NCBI GenBank assembly: GCA_043814095.1
Contig: JBDRKI010000037.1
Span: 1 to 64,000, forward strand
DNA length: 64,000 nt
DNA from: Armatimonadota bacterium
GTDB taxonomy: Bacteria; Vulcanimicrobiota; JACPDS01; JBDRKI01
Reading direction: 5' to 3'
Positions 30,140 to 40,856 of the stretch are shown here, one piece after another. The notes under the pieces were generated by a model. It searched no databases and was not told the DNA's origin. It worked only from the letters and a program-made list of their open reading frames with translations. Within the stretch, counting starts at the first letter, position 1, and each line of letters begins with the position of its first letter. The translations under genes and the position numbers were made by a program.

Positions 30140-30976
30140 TTGAATAGAAAGTTTCACATATTATTAATAGTTATTTCATTTATTATCCTTTTCCTTATTC
30201 TTCCGGTATATACTGCTGATATTATTGAAGAAGCCGAATCATGGGAGAAAGGGCGTTATGAGGATATTTATAAACAGAGAGATGTTCCAGTATATAAATA
30301 CAAAGTAATTAAACAATATAACCATAACGAATCATATTTTACAGAAGGATTTGTATTTGATAAAGGTATATTATATGAAAGCACCGGGTTATGGAATAAA
30401 TCAAAACTTGTTAAATATAATATTATAACCGGCAAAGTTATAAAAGAAAGTAAGCTTAGGCCTAAATATTTTGGTGAAGGCATTACTGTTATAGGGGATG
30501 ATATATTCCAGATTACTTACCGGTCTAATACGGGATTTGTATATGATAAGAACACATTTAAATTAAAGAAAACATTCAGCTACCCGTCTGAAGGATGGGG
30601 GCTTACAACAGACGGCAAGAGCCTTATTATGAGCAACGGTTCATCATCCCTTATCTTTCTTGATCCGGTAACTTTTAAGGTTAAAAAATATGTAAAAGTT
30701 TTAGATAAAACAGGCCAGGTAGGCAACTTAAATGAACTTGAATATATTAAAGGTAATATTTACGCTAATATCTGGCATACAGACCTTATTGCTATAATAT
30801 CTCCAGATACGGGCGCTGTAACGGGATGGATAGATCTTACAGGCATAAATCCCGATAAGGACAAGACAGATGACTCTTTTGTTCTTAACGGCATAGCATA
30901 TAATCATAAAACGGGACATATCTTAATAACCGGTAAATGCTGGCCAAAAATCTATGAAATAGAGCTTATCAGGTAA
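30140..30976 (+). CDS. Glutaminyl-peptide cyclotransferase, exported (beta-propeller type)
   Basis: FTEG, LYESTG, FGEGIT, EGWGLT, LNELEY, VLNGIA, TGKCW; TTG start and signal peptide. Confidence 0.9.
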   Translation: MNRKFHILLIVISFIILFLILPVYTADIIEEAESWEKGRYEDIYKQRDVPVYKYKVIKQYNHNESYFTEGFVFDKGILYESTGLWNKSKLVKYNIITGKVIKESKLRPKYFGEGITVIGDDIFQITYRSNTGFVYDKNTFKLKKTFSYPSEGWGLTTDGKSLIMSNGSSSLIFLDPVTFKVKKYVKVLDKTGQVGNLNELEYIKGNIYANIWHTDLIAIISPDTGAVTGWIDLTGINPDKDKTDDSFVLNGIAYNHKTGHILITGKCWPKIYEIELIR

Positions 30977-31055
30977 AAATACTTCTTTTATCAACAAAAA
31001 ATACTCCTTTTGACCTATATTATATATCATCATTCCGCCTTAAAATTAAATTAGG
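30975..31055 (+). promoter_or_regulatory. GACCTATATT-box promoter, copy 3
   Basis: AAAAATACT(T/C)C at 30975 and 30997, GACCTATATT at 31012, TAAAAT at 31041 (+29), TTAAATTAGG at 31046. Confidence 0.8.
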
Positions 31056-31093
31056 AGATAAATATCCTATTTACATTAAAGCGGAGTTGATTT

Positions 31094-32164
31094 ATGGGAA
31101 ACGGCCAGATAAGCGGTATAGGCAGCGTAGGAAATGTAGCCAATATGTATAATATTTTTAAGCCTCCTGTCAGCTTGGGTTCCGGCGGCACAGCGGCAAT
31201 GAAGAGTTATGTTTCATCAGGTACTGTAGATACTTCAACTATAAGTCAAGAGGGACAAAAATATTTGAGGGCATTTAAAGAAGTAAGGAGTAATATTATA
31301 GAAATAGGCCGGCCTTTTAAAGAGGCTGCGAAAACGGCCGGCAATGATCTTAAAAAAGATGTTAACAGTTCATACCTGAAAACAATTAATGAATGGCTGA
31401 AAAGGAATTTTAACGGCGCTACTCTTAATAAATTAAAAGATTTGAGTACTGAAAGCCTGCAGAAAATAAATAATGCGCTGAGGACTAAAGCGGGAGGACT
31501 GGGAAGAATGCTGACCGATCCCCTGGTAAGAGTGAAAAATGCCGTATCATCGGAAAAGTCAATATGGAAAATAGCAGGTCATATAAGAAAAATAGCGGCA
31601 GAACTTAAGATGCCGAAGAGTGAAGTCTGGAAGCTTGTAAGGAGTAATATAGGCAAGGTCGACAGCCGGGCCTGTACAAACAGCCAGAATTATAATTTAT
31701 CCGTAATTAGCAATGTATTGAGAAATACGGGCGGAAAAATTACAGGCGGAACTCTTAGGGCTCTTTCCAGAATAGATTTGAATTCACTCCAGAATTTTGA
31801 AAAAGCTTTTCTGGAAGGCGTAAAAACTCAAACTCTAACTGTTCAGCAGGCAGGCCGTAATATTTCTTCAACCGTAATGAATTTAGGTGGAAAAGAAATT
31901 GCTATTCCGGCGATGAGCGCTTTAGTGCAGGCTCTTCACGCTTCTGCGGGCGCTTCGGCAGGGGCTACTGCCGCAGGAGTTACGGTTGCCGCGGTAGGCG
32001 GATGGTACATCGGCCGGGGTATAGGCAATATACCCATAGGAAACGGCAGGAAAGTGGATAATGCAATAGAGGACTTTCTGAAAAAGCATAAAATAGATGG
32101 TGTTTCATATCATGATACTCAGTGGGGAGATTCAGCGAAAAAATACATTAAAGACAATAAATAA
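31094..32164 (+). CDS. Hypothetical helical protein with C-terminal glycine zipper (paralog B)
   Basis: AGASAGATAAGVTVAAVGGWYIGRGIG; ends VSYHDTQWGDSAK; paralog of 16284..17300. Confidence 0.75.
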   Translation: MGNGQISGIGSVGNVANMYNIFKPPVSLGSGGTAAMKSYVSSGTVDTSTISQEGQKYLRAFKEVRSNIIEIGRPFKEAAKTAGNDLKKDVNSSYLKTINEWLKRNFNGATLNKLKDLSTESLQKINNALRTKAGGLGRMLTDPLVRVKNAVSSEKSIWKIAGHIRKIAAELKMPKSEVWKLVRSNIGKVDSRACTNSQNYNLSVISNVLRNTGGKITGGTLRALSRIDLNSLQNFEKAFLEGVKTQTLTVQQAGRNISSTVMNLGGKEIAIPAMSALVQALHASAGASAGATAAGVTVAAVGGWYIGRGIGNIPIGNGRKVDNAIEDFLKKHKIDGVSYHDTQWGDSAKKYIKDNK

Positions 32165-32275
32165 AATACAAAAATAAAAAAACAAACCTTTAAGTTTAAA
32201 GAAGCAGGTAAATTTACCCGCTTCTTTAATTATTATAAGGGAATATATTAAAAAAACTGTTAGATAAGGTGATTT

Positions 32276-32644
32276 ATGGACAGAAAAGAATTTGAAGAAA
32301 CAGTTATAGAAGCTCTGGATGAGCTGCCTGATTTTTTTAAGAAGAAGATAGAGAACCTCTCTGTTGTTGTGGAAGACGAGCCGACACCCGAACAGCTTGA
32401 TCAGGTTCATGTTTCGGGCAGGGATGTACTCTTAGGTCTTTATCAGGGTATCCCGCTTGCGGAGAGAACGCATTTCTACGGGTCCGTAATGCCCGATAAG
32501 ATTACAATATTTAAAAAGAGTATAGAGAGAGTTTACAGGACCAGGGATGAGGTAAAAAAAGCGGTTATACATACCGTACAGCATGAGCTTGCGCATCATT
32601 TCGGTATAACCGATGAAGAGCTTAAAAAATGGGGGAAGTATTAA
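32276..32644 (+). CDS. Minimal zincin-like metallopeptidase (Zincin_1)
   Basis: LLGLYQGIPL..R, PDKITIF, HELAHHFG. Confidence 0.9.
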   Translation: MDRKEFEETVIEALDELPDFFKKKIENLSVVVEDEPTPEQLDQVHVSGRDVLLGLYQGIPLAERTHFYGSVMPDKITIFKKSIERVYRTRDEVKKAVIHTVQHELAHHFGITDEELKKWGKY

Positions 32645-32650
32645 TATAAA

Positions 32651-32676
32651 AGGAAATTTTTTAAGAAAATAGAATC
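32651..32676 (+). promoter_or_regulatory. SigH-like promoter
   Basis: AGGAAAT at 32651, GAAT at 32672. Confidence 0.55.
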
Positions 32677-32745
32677 TTTTATAGTATGTACAAATCTTAT
32701 AATTTATTTGCTTTATACTATGAGATGTTTTATAAAAAGAAACTT

Positions 32746-34521
32746 ATGAAAAATTTCCATAAGTTTTTGTTAATAATTTTCTTATTTGTATTTATTGTAA
32801 GTATCGGTGGGTGTTCAGGTCCCGGTATGTTCGAGTCTGATTCTACTTCACAAAGCGGCAAAACCGCTACCGGTACTGCGGCATTTAAAATCAACTGGCC
32901 GCAGCAAAGTAAATCTAAATTTATCTCCTCTGCAACTACATCGTTTTACATAAGCATAAGAGGGGAGGGGCTCGATCCGGCTTATACCACAACAGTTAAT
33001 TACGGTTCATCCTCGGTAAGGATTTCCGATCTTCCTGCCGGTATTAAGAGAGCTGAAATTTCCGCACTAGATACTTTAGGTAACATCTTATCTGCCGGTA
33101 TAGCATCATTTACGATTGAAGCTGAGAAAACTGTGAATGTTAGTCTTAGCTTAGGAGTTATAATATCAAGCACCGGCTTCAGCCCTTCCAATATAACGGT
33201 TGATTCAGGAACTACTCTCTTCTTTTATAATTCTGATAACAGGACTCACCAGCTGGCAGGGGCCTCCGTTTTTAATAATGCGGTTATTGAACCTGGTTCT
33301 TCAAGGTCATTTTTATTTACTGCAGGCAGCAGCTGTACCTATTATCTTGACAGCGTAAATTCCGGCATCTCCGGTACGGTTATCGTTGGTACTCCTTCTG
33401 TAACGGATATAGATCCTTTGAGCGGTTCATCAGGCGAGACGGTAACCATAACAGGTAGCGGTTTCGGTTCTTCTCAAGGCACATCAAGTGTATCTTTTAA
33501 CGGTACCGATGCAACTTCGGTAACGAGCTGGTCAGATACCCGGATTGTATGTGAGATTCCTCCGGGTGCTTCTACAGGAAATGTTTCGGTTACTGTTAAT
33601 TCCGTATCTTCAAGCGGGTATGCCTTTACCGTATTTTACAGGGCATATGTGCTTAACGGTGATTCCAATACAATATCAATTATTAGAACTTCTGATCATA
33701 CAGCAATAGGTACTATAGGCGGGTTCAGCGCTCCAGATAATGCATCTATCGCAGTTACCTCTAACGGAAGTTTTATATATGTAACAAATTCTGACGCGAA
33801 TACAGTATCAGTTATAAGAAGGTCTGATTACGGGCTTGCCGCTACAATAGATGTAGGATCTAACCCTAACGGTATTTCAATTAATCCGGACAGCAGCTTG
33901 GTATATGTTGTAAACCGTGATTCCGGCAATGTATCTGTTATAAGGACGTCTGATAATACAGTTACGGCAACTATAGCGGTAGGGGTTAATCCTAACGGTG
34001 TTTGTTTTACCCCTGACGGCAGTTTCGCGTATGTGACAAATTCCGGATCAAACAACGTGTCCGTTATAAATGTATCAAATAATACGGTATCAGAAACAGT
34101 TAATGTGGGGACAGAACCGATAAATCCCGCTATTACTCCCAACGGTAATTTTGTATATGTTACAAACGGCACGTCAAATAATGTATCTGTTATAAGGACG
34201 TCCGATAATACAGTTACGGCAACTATAGCGGTAGGGGTAAGGCCTTTCGGTCTGACGGTTACCCCTGACGGCTCTGGTGTATATGTGGGAAATGCCACAT
34301 CAAGCAACATGTCTGTTATAAGGACGTCCGATAATACGGTAATAGCGACCATAGGCATAGGGTTATGGGCAAACGGCGTTGCCGTTACCCCTGACGGGAG
34401 TTTTGTGTATGCAGCGAACAACGGTTCAAACAATGTATCGGTTGTAAGGACATCGGATAATACCGTTGTTTCGACCGTTTCTGTCGGGAGTGGACCTGCC
34501 GGTGTGGCAATTGCGAGATAA
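32746..34521 (+). CDS. Lipoprotein: INWP domain, cupredoxin-like domain, IPT/TIG, YVTN beta-propeller
   Basis: Lipobox IGGC; KINWP...SKFIS; GSGFGSSQG...SWSDT IPT; about 7 YVTN...VSVI repeats; start ATG 32746 preferred. Confidence 0.85.
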   Translation: MKNFHKFLLIIFLFVFIVSIGGCSGPGMFESDSTSQSGKTATGTAAFKINWPQQSKSKFISSATTSFYISIRGEGLDPAYTTTVNYGSSSVRISDLPAGIKRAEISALDTLGNILSAGIASFTIEAEKTVNVSLSLGVIISSTGFSPSNITVDSGTTLFFYNSDNRTHQLAGASVFNNAVIEPGSSRSFLFTAGSSCTYYLDSVNSGISGTVIVGTPSVTDIDPLSGSSGETVTITGSGFGSSQGTSSVSFNGTDATSVTSWSDTRIVCEIPPGASTGNVSVTVNSVSSSGYAFTVFYRAYVLNGDSNTISIIRTSDHTAIGTIGGFSAPDNASIAVTSNGSFIYVTNSDANTVSVIRRSDYGLAATIDVGSNPNGISINPDSSLVYVVNRDSGNVSVIRTSDNTVTATIAVGVNPNGVCFTPDGSFAYVTNSGSNNVSVINVSNNTVSETVNVGTEPINPAITPNGNFVYVTNGTSNNVSVIRTSDNTVTATIAVGVRPFGLTVTPDGSGVYVGNATSSNMSVIRTSDNTVIATIGIGLWANGVAVTPDGSFVYAANNGSNNVSVVRTSDNTVVSTVSVGSGPAGVAIAR

Positions 34522-34576
34522 ATAAATGTGTGGAATTTTTTTATAAAAATATTTATATAAATAAAAAGGAGGATTT

Positions 34577-35341
34577 ATGAAAAAATCATTATTTACAAGG
34601 CTTCTTATTTTAATTGTTATGACGGGATTCTTTTTTGGTTCTATGCCGGTATTTGCTCAGGATGTCCCGGCAGATAAAAAAGAGGCCATACTGGAACTGC
34701 TGCGCATAACAGAAATCAATAGTCAGATAAAACAAACAATGGATGAAATGTTTGGAATTATTGAGGATAATTATTCAGAATTTGATGCTTGTAAAGAATT
34801 TATAAATGAATTTAAAAGTAAATATGATATAAATGAAGTCATTGAGCTTCTGGTGCCTATTTACAGCAAATATTACACATATGAAGATATAAAAGAGATG
34901 ATCAAGTTTTACAAATCACCTATCGGTCAGAAAATGATATCCGCAGCGCCCGGCATAGATTCGGAAGCAATAAAAGCAGGCGCGGAATACGCCGATAAGG
35001 TAATGAAAGAAACAGAGAGTTATAAAAAAATAGTGAGTGAAGCAGAACTTACAGCGTGCAAATGTAATATCAAGAATACCGCAACAGCGCTTGAGATGTA
35101 TGCTTGTGATCATGAAGGGAAATATGCGCCTGATCTTAAAAGCTTAATTCCCGAATATCTTAAGGAGCTTCCTGTCTGCCCTGTTAGCGGAAACGGATAT
35201 GTTTTTGAGCTTTCTGAAAACGGCGAAAATTATATATTATACTGCCCCGGAGAACAGCATAAAGATCTGAACATTACCGGTCCCGCATGGAGCAGCAAAA
35301 CAGGGCTTGTGGATAATGTTGAAGATGCAAAAGGGAAATAA
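34577..35341 (+). CDS. Secreted DUF2059 protein fused to a pilin-like Cys/His domain
   Basis: VPIYSKYYTYEDIKEMIKFYKSPIGQK (DUF2059); ACKCNIKNTATALEMYACDHEGKY. Confidence 0.8.
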   Translation: MKKSLFTRLLILIVMTGFFFGSMPVFAQDVPADKKEAILELLRITEINSQIKQTMDEMFGIIEDNYSEFDACKEFINEFKSKYDINEVIELLVPIYSKYYTYEDIKEMIKFYKSPIGQKMISAAPGIDSEAIKAGAEYADKVMKETESYKKIVSEAELTACKCNIKNTATALEMYACDHEGKYAPDLKSLIPEYLKELPVCPVSGNGYVFELSENGENYILYCPGEQHKDLNITGPAWSSKTGLVDNVEDAKGK

Positions 35342-35343
35342 TC

Positions 35344-36243
35344 ATGAGAATTTTTAAACAAATTTTAATTTTTATGTGCTTTTTGTTTTTTTTTACGGGG
35401 CTTATCTATGCTCAAACAGCGCAGGAATATTATAATAAGGGCTTAGAATACGGCATTGCAGGGAAATTCGGTGAGGCAAAGATTGAATTTGAGAAGGCTT
35501 TAAAACTGGAACCTTATTATGAAGATGCCGGTTTGTGTGCGGAAATTATTGAACTTACCGGTACCGGCAAAATAAAAAAAGAAACAGTTGTTCATGTTTT
35601 TAAGGCTCTTAAGTATGAAGAAGATTCAAAATTTGATGAAGCTGTAATTTCCTATAGGGAAGCTTTAAAGTTTGACCAGTATCCTTTTATTTATAATAAT
35701 CTGGGAAAGGTTTACGGGGATAAGGGCATCCTTGATAAAGCAAAGATTGAGTTTGAAAAGGCGGTTGAAATTGATCCGGGCTTTGCCAGAGGATACAATA
35801 ATCTGGGGATTATTTATGCCAGAGAAGGAGATCTTGATACAGCCATAGGTTATTTTAAAAAATCGCTGGAGATCTCACCTTCGGCCCTGCCTCCTCTTTT
35901 TAATCTTGCAAGGGCTTATGCAAAAAAAGATAATTTTGACGCAGCCGAACAGGTTTATAAAAAGATAATAGAGATTGATCCGGAAGACGCCGAAGCCCAT
36001 TATTACCTGGGAGTGGTTTATATTAACAAAGAGATGGCTGATGAGGCCATTTCCGAGCTTAAAAAAGCGATAGAACTTTATCCTGATTACGCCGCGGCAA
36101 ATAATGATATAGCGGTGGTATATTATTTTAAAGAGGATTATGAGCTGGCAATTAAATACTGCGACAGGGCGATAGAACTGGGATATGAACCTAATGAGAA
36201 ATTTCTGGAAGCTCTTAAACCTTACAGAAAGCAAAAAGAATAA
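35344..36243 (+). CDS. Secreted TPR-repeat protein
   Basis: Signal peptide; several YNNLG..Y...G....A...F.KA.EI.P repeats. Confidence 0.9.
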   Translation: MRIFKQILIFMCFLFFFTGLIYAQTAQEYYNKGLEYGIAGKFGEAKIEFEKALKLEPYYEDAGLCAEIIELTGTGKIKKETVVHVFKALKYEEDSKFDEAVISYREALKFDQYPFIYNNLGKVYGDKGILDKAKIEFEKAVEIDPGFARGYNNLGIIYAREGDLDTAIGYFKKSLEISPSALPPLFNLARAYAKKDNFDAAEQVYKKIIEIDPEDAEAHYYLGVVYINKEMADEAISELKKAIELYPDYAAANNDIAVVYYFKEDYELAIKYCDRAIELGYEPNEKFLEALKPYRKQKE

Positions 36244-37713
<1,470 letters not shown>

Positions 37714-37739
37714 TAATATAATGTTGGGGAGATAATATT

Positions 37740-38405
37740 ATGGAATTAATAAACAGTAAAAATATTTATGATATAAGTGTTGTTCTGGGAGAAGAAGATG
37801 TTGTTTTCCCGGAAGATATGCCGTTCTCAAGGAAACTTAGGATTTCTCTTAAAGACGGTTCTTTCTGTGATCTTTCCGAACTATATATGACTTCCCACTG
37901 CGGGACCCATATAGATATGCCTTCTCATTTTATTATAAACGGTTTGTCTCTGGATGATTATTCTGTTAAGGATTTTATTCTGCCGGCAAAGATTATTGAG
38001 ATTAAAGATAAAGAATCGGTTAACCTGGCGGAGATAGAGAATGAAGATATTAAGGAAGGTCAGGCGGTTTTATTTAAAACCGCCAATTCCTTAACCGGCA
38101 TATGCAGTAATGGCAAATTCAGTGAAGAATTTGTATATATAACACCTGAAGCGGCAGAGTTTTGCATAAATAAAAAGGTCAGCCTTATAGGTATTGATTA
38201 TGCCACTGTTGACAAATACGGAGGATATGATTTTCCCGTACACAAACTTCTTTTAAAAAACAATATACTTATTCTTGAAGATATAAATCTTAAAGAAGTA
38301 CTTCCCGGGGAATATACTTTAATATGCCTGCCTTTAAAGATAATGGCAGGGGAGGCGTCCCCGGTAAGAGCCGTATTATTTTCTAATCAAGAGAAAAAAA
38401 TATGA
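37740..38405 (+). CDS. Cyclase family metal hydrolase (KynB-like)
   Basis: HCGTHIDMPSH, GIDY, HKLLL, CLPLK..GEASPVRA. Confidence 0.88.
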   Translation: MELINSKNIYDISVVLGEEDVVFPEDMPFSRKLRISLKDGSFCDLSELYMTSHCGTHIDMPSHFIINGLSLDDYSVKDFILPAKIIEIKDKESVNLAEIENEDIKEGQAVLFKTANSLTGICSNGKFSEEFVYITPEAAEFCINKKVSLIGIDYATVDKYGGYDFPVHKLLLKNNILILEDINLKEVLPGEYTLICLPLKIMAGEASPVRAVLFSNQEKKI

Positions 38406-39028
38406 ATATTATGAAAAACTTATGGACTAAAAAAGAAGTTGATTTTTTTAAGAAGCTTAAAAACCCCGATGGAATACAAAAGCTTGTAAGCTCATTATCT
38501 TATAACACCGATCCCGTATGCAGGTCCCCGAGGTATGTTATAAAAACAAGGAAAGCCCATTGCTTTGACGGAGCTTTATTTGCCGCAGCGGCGTTGAGAC
38601 AACAGGGATACAAATCTTTAATTATTGATTTAAGAGCGCATAATGATGATGACCATGTTATTGCTGTATTTAAAAAGAACGGTCACTGGGGGGCAATAGC
38701 AAAATCAAATTTTACCACCCTCCAGTACAGGGAACCTGTTTACAGGACTTTGCGGGAACTTGTGATGAGCTACTTTGATTTTTATTTTAACAGCATGGGC
38801 GAGAAGACGTTAAGGGAATATTCCGTACCTCTTGATCTTTCAAGATTTGATAAAAGTGACTGGATGAGAACAGAAGAAGATATAAGTTATATAGGGGATT
38901 ATCTTGACGGTATAAAACATTATAAGATAGTAACGCCTTCAATGATAAGAAATCTCGCTAAAACAGATAAAAAGCTTCTTAAAGCGGGTCTTTTAGGGTC
39001 TGATCCCAGAGGGCTTTATAGGCCTTGA
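38402..39028 (+). CDS. Conserved protein, possible transglutaminase-like fold
   Basis: AHCFDGALFAAAAL...DDDHVIAVF...WGAIAKSN...YREPVYRTLRELVMSYF. Confidence 0.7.
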   Translation: MNIMKNLWTKKEVDFFKKLKNPDGIQKLVSSLSYNTDPVCRSPRYVIKTRKAHCFDGALFAAAALRQQGYKSLIIDLRAHNDDDHVIAVFKKNGHWGAIAKSNFTTLQYREPVYRTLRELVMSYFDFYFNSMGEKTLREYSVPLDLSRFDKSDWMRTEEDISYIGDYLDGIKHYKIVTPSMIRNLAKTDKKLLKAGLLGSDPRGLYRP

Positions 39029-39047
39029 TAACACAGGAGGATGAAAA

Positions 39048-40367
39048 ATGTTTAATCAAAAAACTTGCAACGCGTACCGGTTTTTTTTCGTACTGTTTAT
39101 TTTAGCGGCGTTTATACTGCCGTTTTTTTCAACAGGCGTTTGTTTTGCTGATGAGCATGTTCTTACTGATAACCAGAAGGATATTATTAATTTCGCATCT
39201 GCCTGCGGCAAATATGCTCTTGAAAACGGGAATTACCCCGAGGATTCTCAAATTCTTGTAAAAGAAGGATACTTAGACAAAATACCCGTTTTTCCGGAAG
39301 CGGGTAATAAAGAATATCTTTATAAATTACTTGGGGATGCCTATATTATGTTTTATCCCAATATTTATGCTCAATCCGATATGGAATACGTCGTATTCGT
39401 CTCGGGTTTTAGTAAAACTCTGGCAGATTATTTTACTTATATGAAATTAAAAGGTTTGTTCAGTTCGTGCTGCGCGAATTTAAAAGTTCTAAGTTCCGGG
39501 TGTGAGATTTATTCTATTGATAATAACGGAAAATATCCTAAAGATTTAGAAGAGCTTGTTGAAACAGGATATTTTGATGAACTGCCTGAATGTCCTGCTT
39601 GCGGTGAGATGAGTTATATTTGTGTGCCGGATAATGAAGGGAATTATATAATATATTGCTCCGGTAAACATCATAAGGAATTGATCGGGAATAAAGACGG
39701 TCCTGTGTTTAATTTACAGACAGGTTTAGAGATTTATAATATTAAGAAATTTTCCGGGAGGAAATTTGATTTAACGGGGTGCAGGCGCAATTTAATGGAA
39801 CTGGTAACTGTATGTCAGGAATATACCGTTAAAAAGGGGTTTTACCCCGATAGCTTTAATGAACTTATAAAAAGCGGATTTCTGAAAAAACTTCCAGTAT
39901 GTCCCTTAAGCGGACAGAACACATATAAATTTATCTCTATGAATGAAAACGACTCAAGGGGATTTGCCGTTGGATGTACGTGTGAAGAACATAAAAAAGA
40001 TCCGGATTTTACAAGTGTTATATCTATCATTCTATCCGAGACACCGGAAGATTTTATTTCTCAACAAAAAAAGGAAGCATTGATAAGCTGCAAAAATAAT
40101 ATTAAAAATATCGCTATAGCGATTGAAATGTACGGGACTGATAATAATGGACATTACCCGCCCTGTCTTGAAAGTATAATACCTAGATATCTCCATAAAC
40201 TCTCGGAATGTCCTGTCTGTGGAAAAATGAACTATGTTTATAAACGAATAGGAGATAGCGATTTTATAATATACTGTTCGGGCGGATGTCATAAAGACAC
40301 CGGAATTACCGGGCCGGCTTATTCCAGCATGAAGGGGCTTGTGGATAATATAGAAGATGCTAAGTGA
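39048..40367 (+). CDS. Secreted protein with four tandem pilin/GspG-like domains
   Basis: Signal peptide; repeats of C..N.K.....E.Y..DN.G.YP..L..L...Y...LP.CP (first copy degenerate). Confidence 0.75.
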   Translation: MFNQKTCNAYRFFFVLFILAAFILPFFSTGVCFADEHVLTDNQKDIINFASACGKYALENGNYPEDSQILVKEGYLDKIPVFPEAGNKEYLYKLLGDAYIMFYPNIYAQSDMEYVVFVSGFSKTLADYFTYMKLKGLFSSCCANLKVLSSGCEIYSIDNNGKYPKDLEELVETGYFDELPECPACGEMSYICVPDNEGNYIIYCSGKHHKELIGNKDGPVFNLQTGLEIYNIKKFSGRKFDLTGCRRNLMELVTVCQEYTVKKGFYPDSFNELIKSGFLKKLPVCPLSGQNTYKFISMNENDSRGFAVGCTCEEHKKDPDFTSVISIILSETPEDFISQQKKEALISCKNNIKNIAIAIEMYGTDNNGHYPPCLESIIPRYLHKLSECPVCGKMNYVYKRIGDSDFIIYCSGGCHKDTGITGPAYSSMKGLVDNIEDAK

Positions 40368-40388
40368 ATGAAAAAGCAATTAAGGTAA

Positions 40389-40425
40389 TAAAAAGCAGGG
40401 ATAGGAATACTGTCCCTGCTTTTTA
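40389..40425. terminator. Bidirectional terminator
   Basis: TAAAAAGCAGGGATAG-gaata-CTGTCCCTGCTTTTTA. Confidence 0.8.
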
Positions 40426-40459
40426 CATCAATATTACTTATTTAAGTATTTAAACTTAA

Positions 40460-40654
40460 TTATTTGCCGAAAATTTCAGGATGATTTTTAAGCATATCAC
40501 TTATTTCAATATTAGTTTTTATAAAAGCGTCTTTAATTTTTCTGGCAGCTTCTCCAATTCTGTTTAAAGTTGAAGAAATAGCTTTGCGTACATTAGGTTT
40601 TTTAACACTTTCCTGAATTATCTTTCCCATTGTAATTTTACTGAGTTCGCTCAT
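40460..40654 (-). CDS. Small hypothetical protein (64 aa)
   Basis: AGGGGG SD, upstream TATAAT, downstream terminator. Confidence 0.6.
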   Translation of the reverse strand: MSELSKITMGKIIQESVKKPNVRKAISSTLNRIGEAARKIKDAFIKTNIEISDMLKNHPEIFGK

Positions 40655-40720
40655 TTTATACCCCCTATAAAGTTCTTCTTTTACTTATATTATAAGCTAT
40701 TTATATTGCAAAATTATTGC

Positions 40721-40749
40721 CAAAATGTTAACAAATTGTTAACATTTTG
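40721..40749. promoter_or_regulatory. 29-bp palindromic operator-like site in a divergent intergenic region
   Basis: CAAAATGTTAACAA-a-TTGTTAACATTTTG. Confidence 0.7.
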
Positions 40750-40801
40750 AATATTCTTGTTATTTATGCTTAAAATCGTTAAAAAGTAAGAAATAGATTA
40801 A

Positions 40802-40827
40802 AGGATTTATCCGTAATTATTTGAAAT
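40802..40827 (+). promoter_or_regulatory. SigH-like promoter
   Basis: AGGATTT at 40802, GAAAT at 40823. Confidence 0.5.
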
Positions 40828-40856
40828 GGTAATCATTAAAATTTTAGGGGGCATTT

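Noticed and set aside
33928-34340. Near-identical ~60-nt direct repeats that could suggest a CRISPR array
   Set aside because: They are in-frame YVTN propeller blades (period a multiple of 126 nt) inside a CDS; no unique spacers or cas genes.
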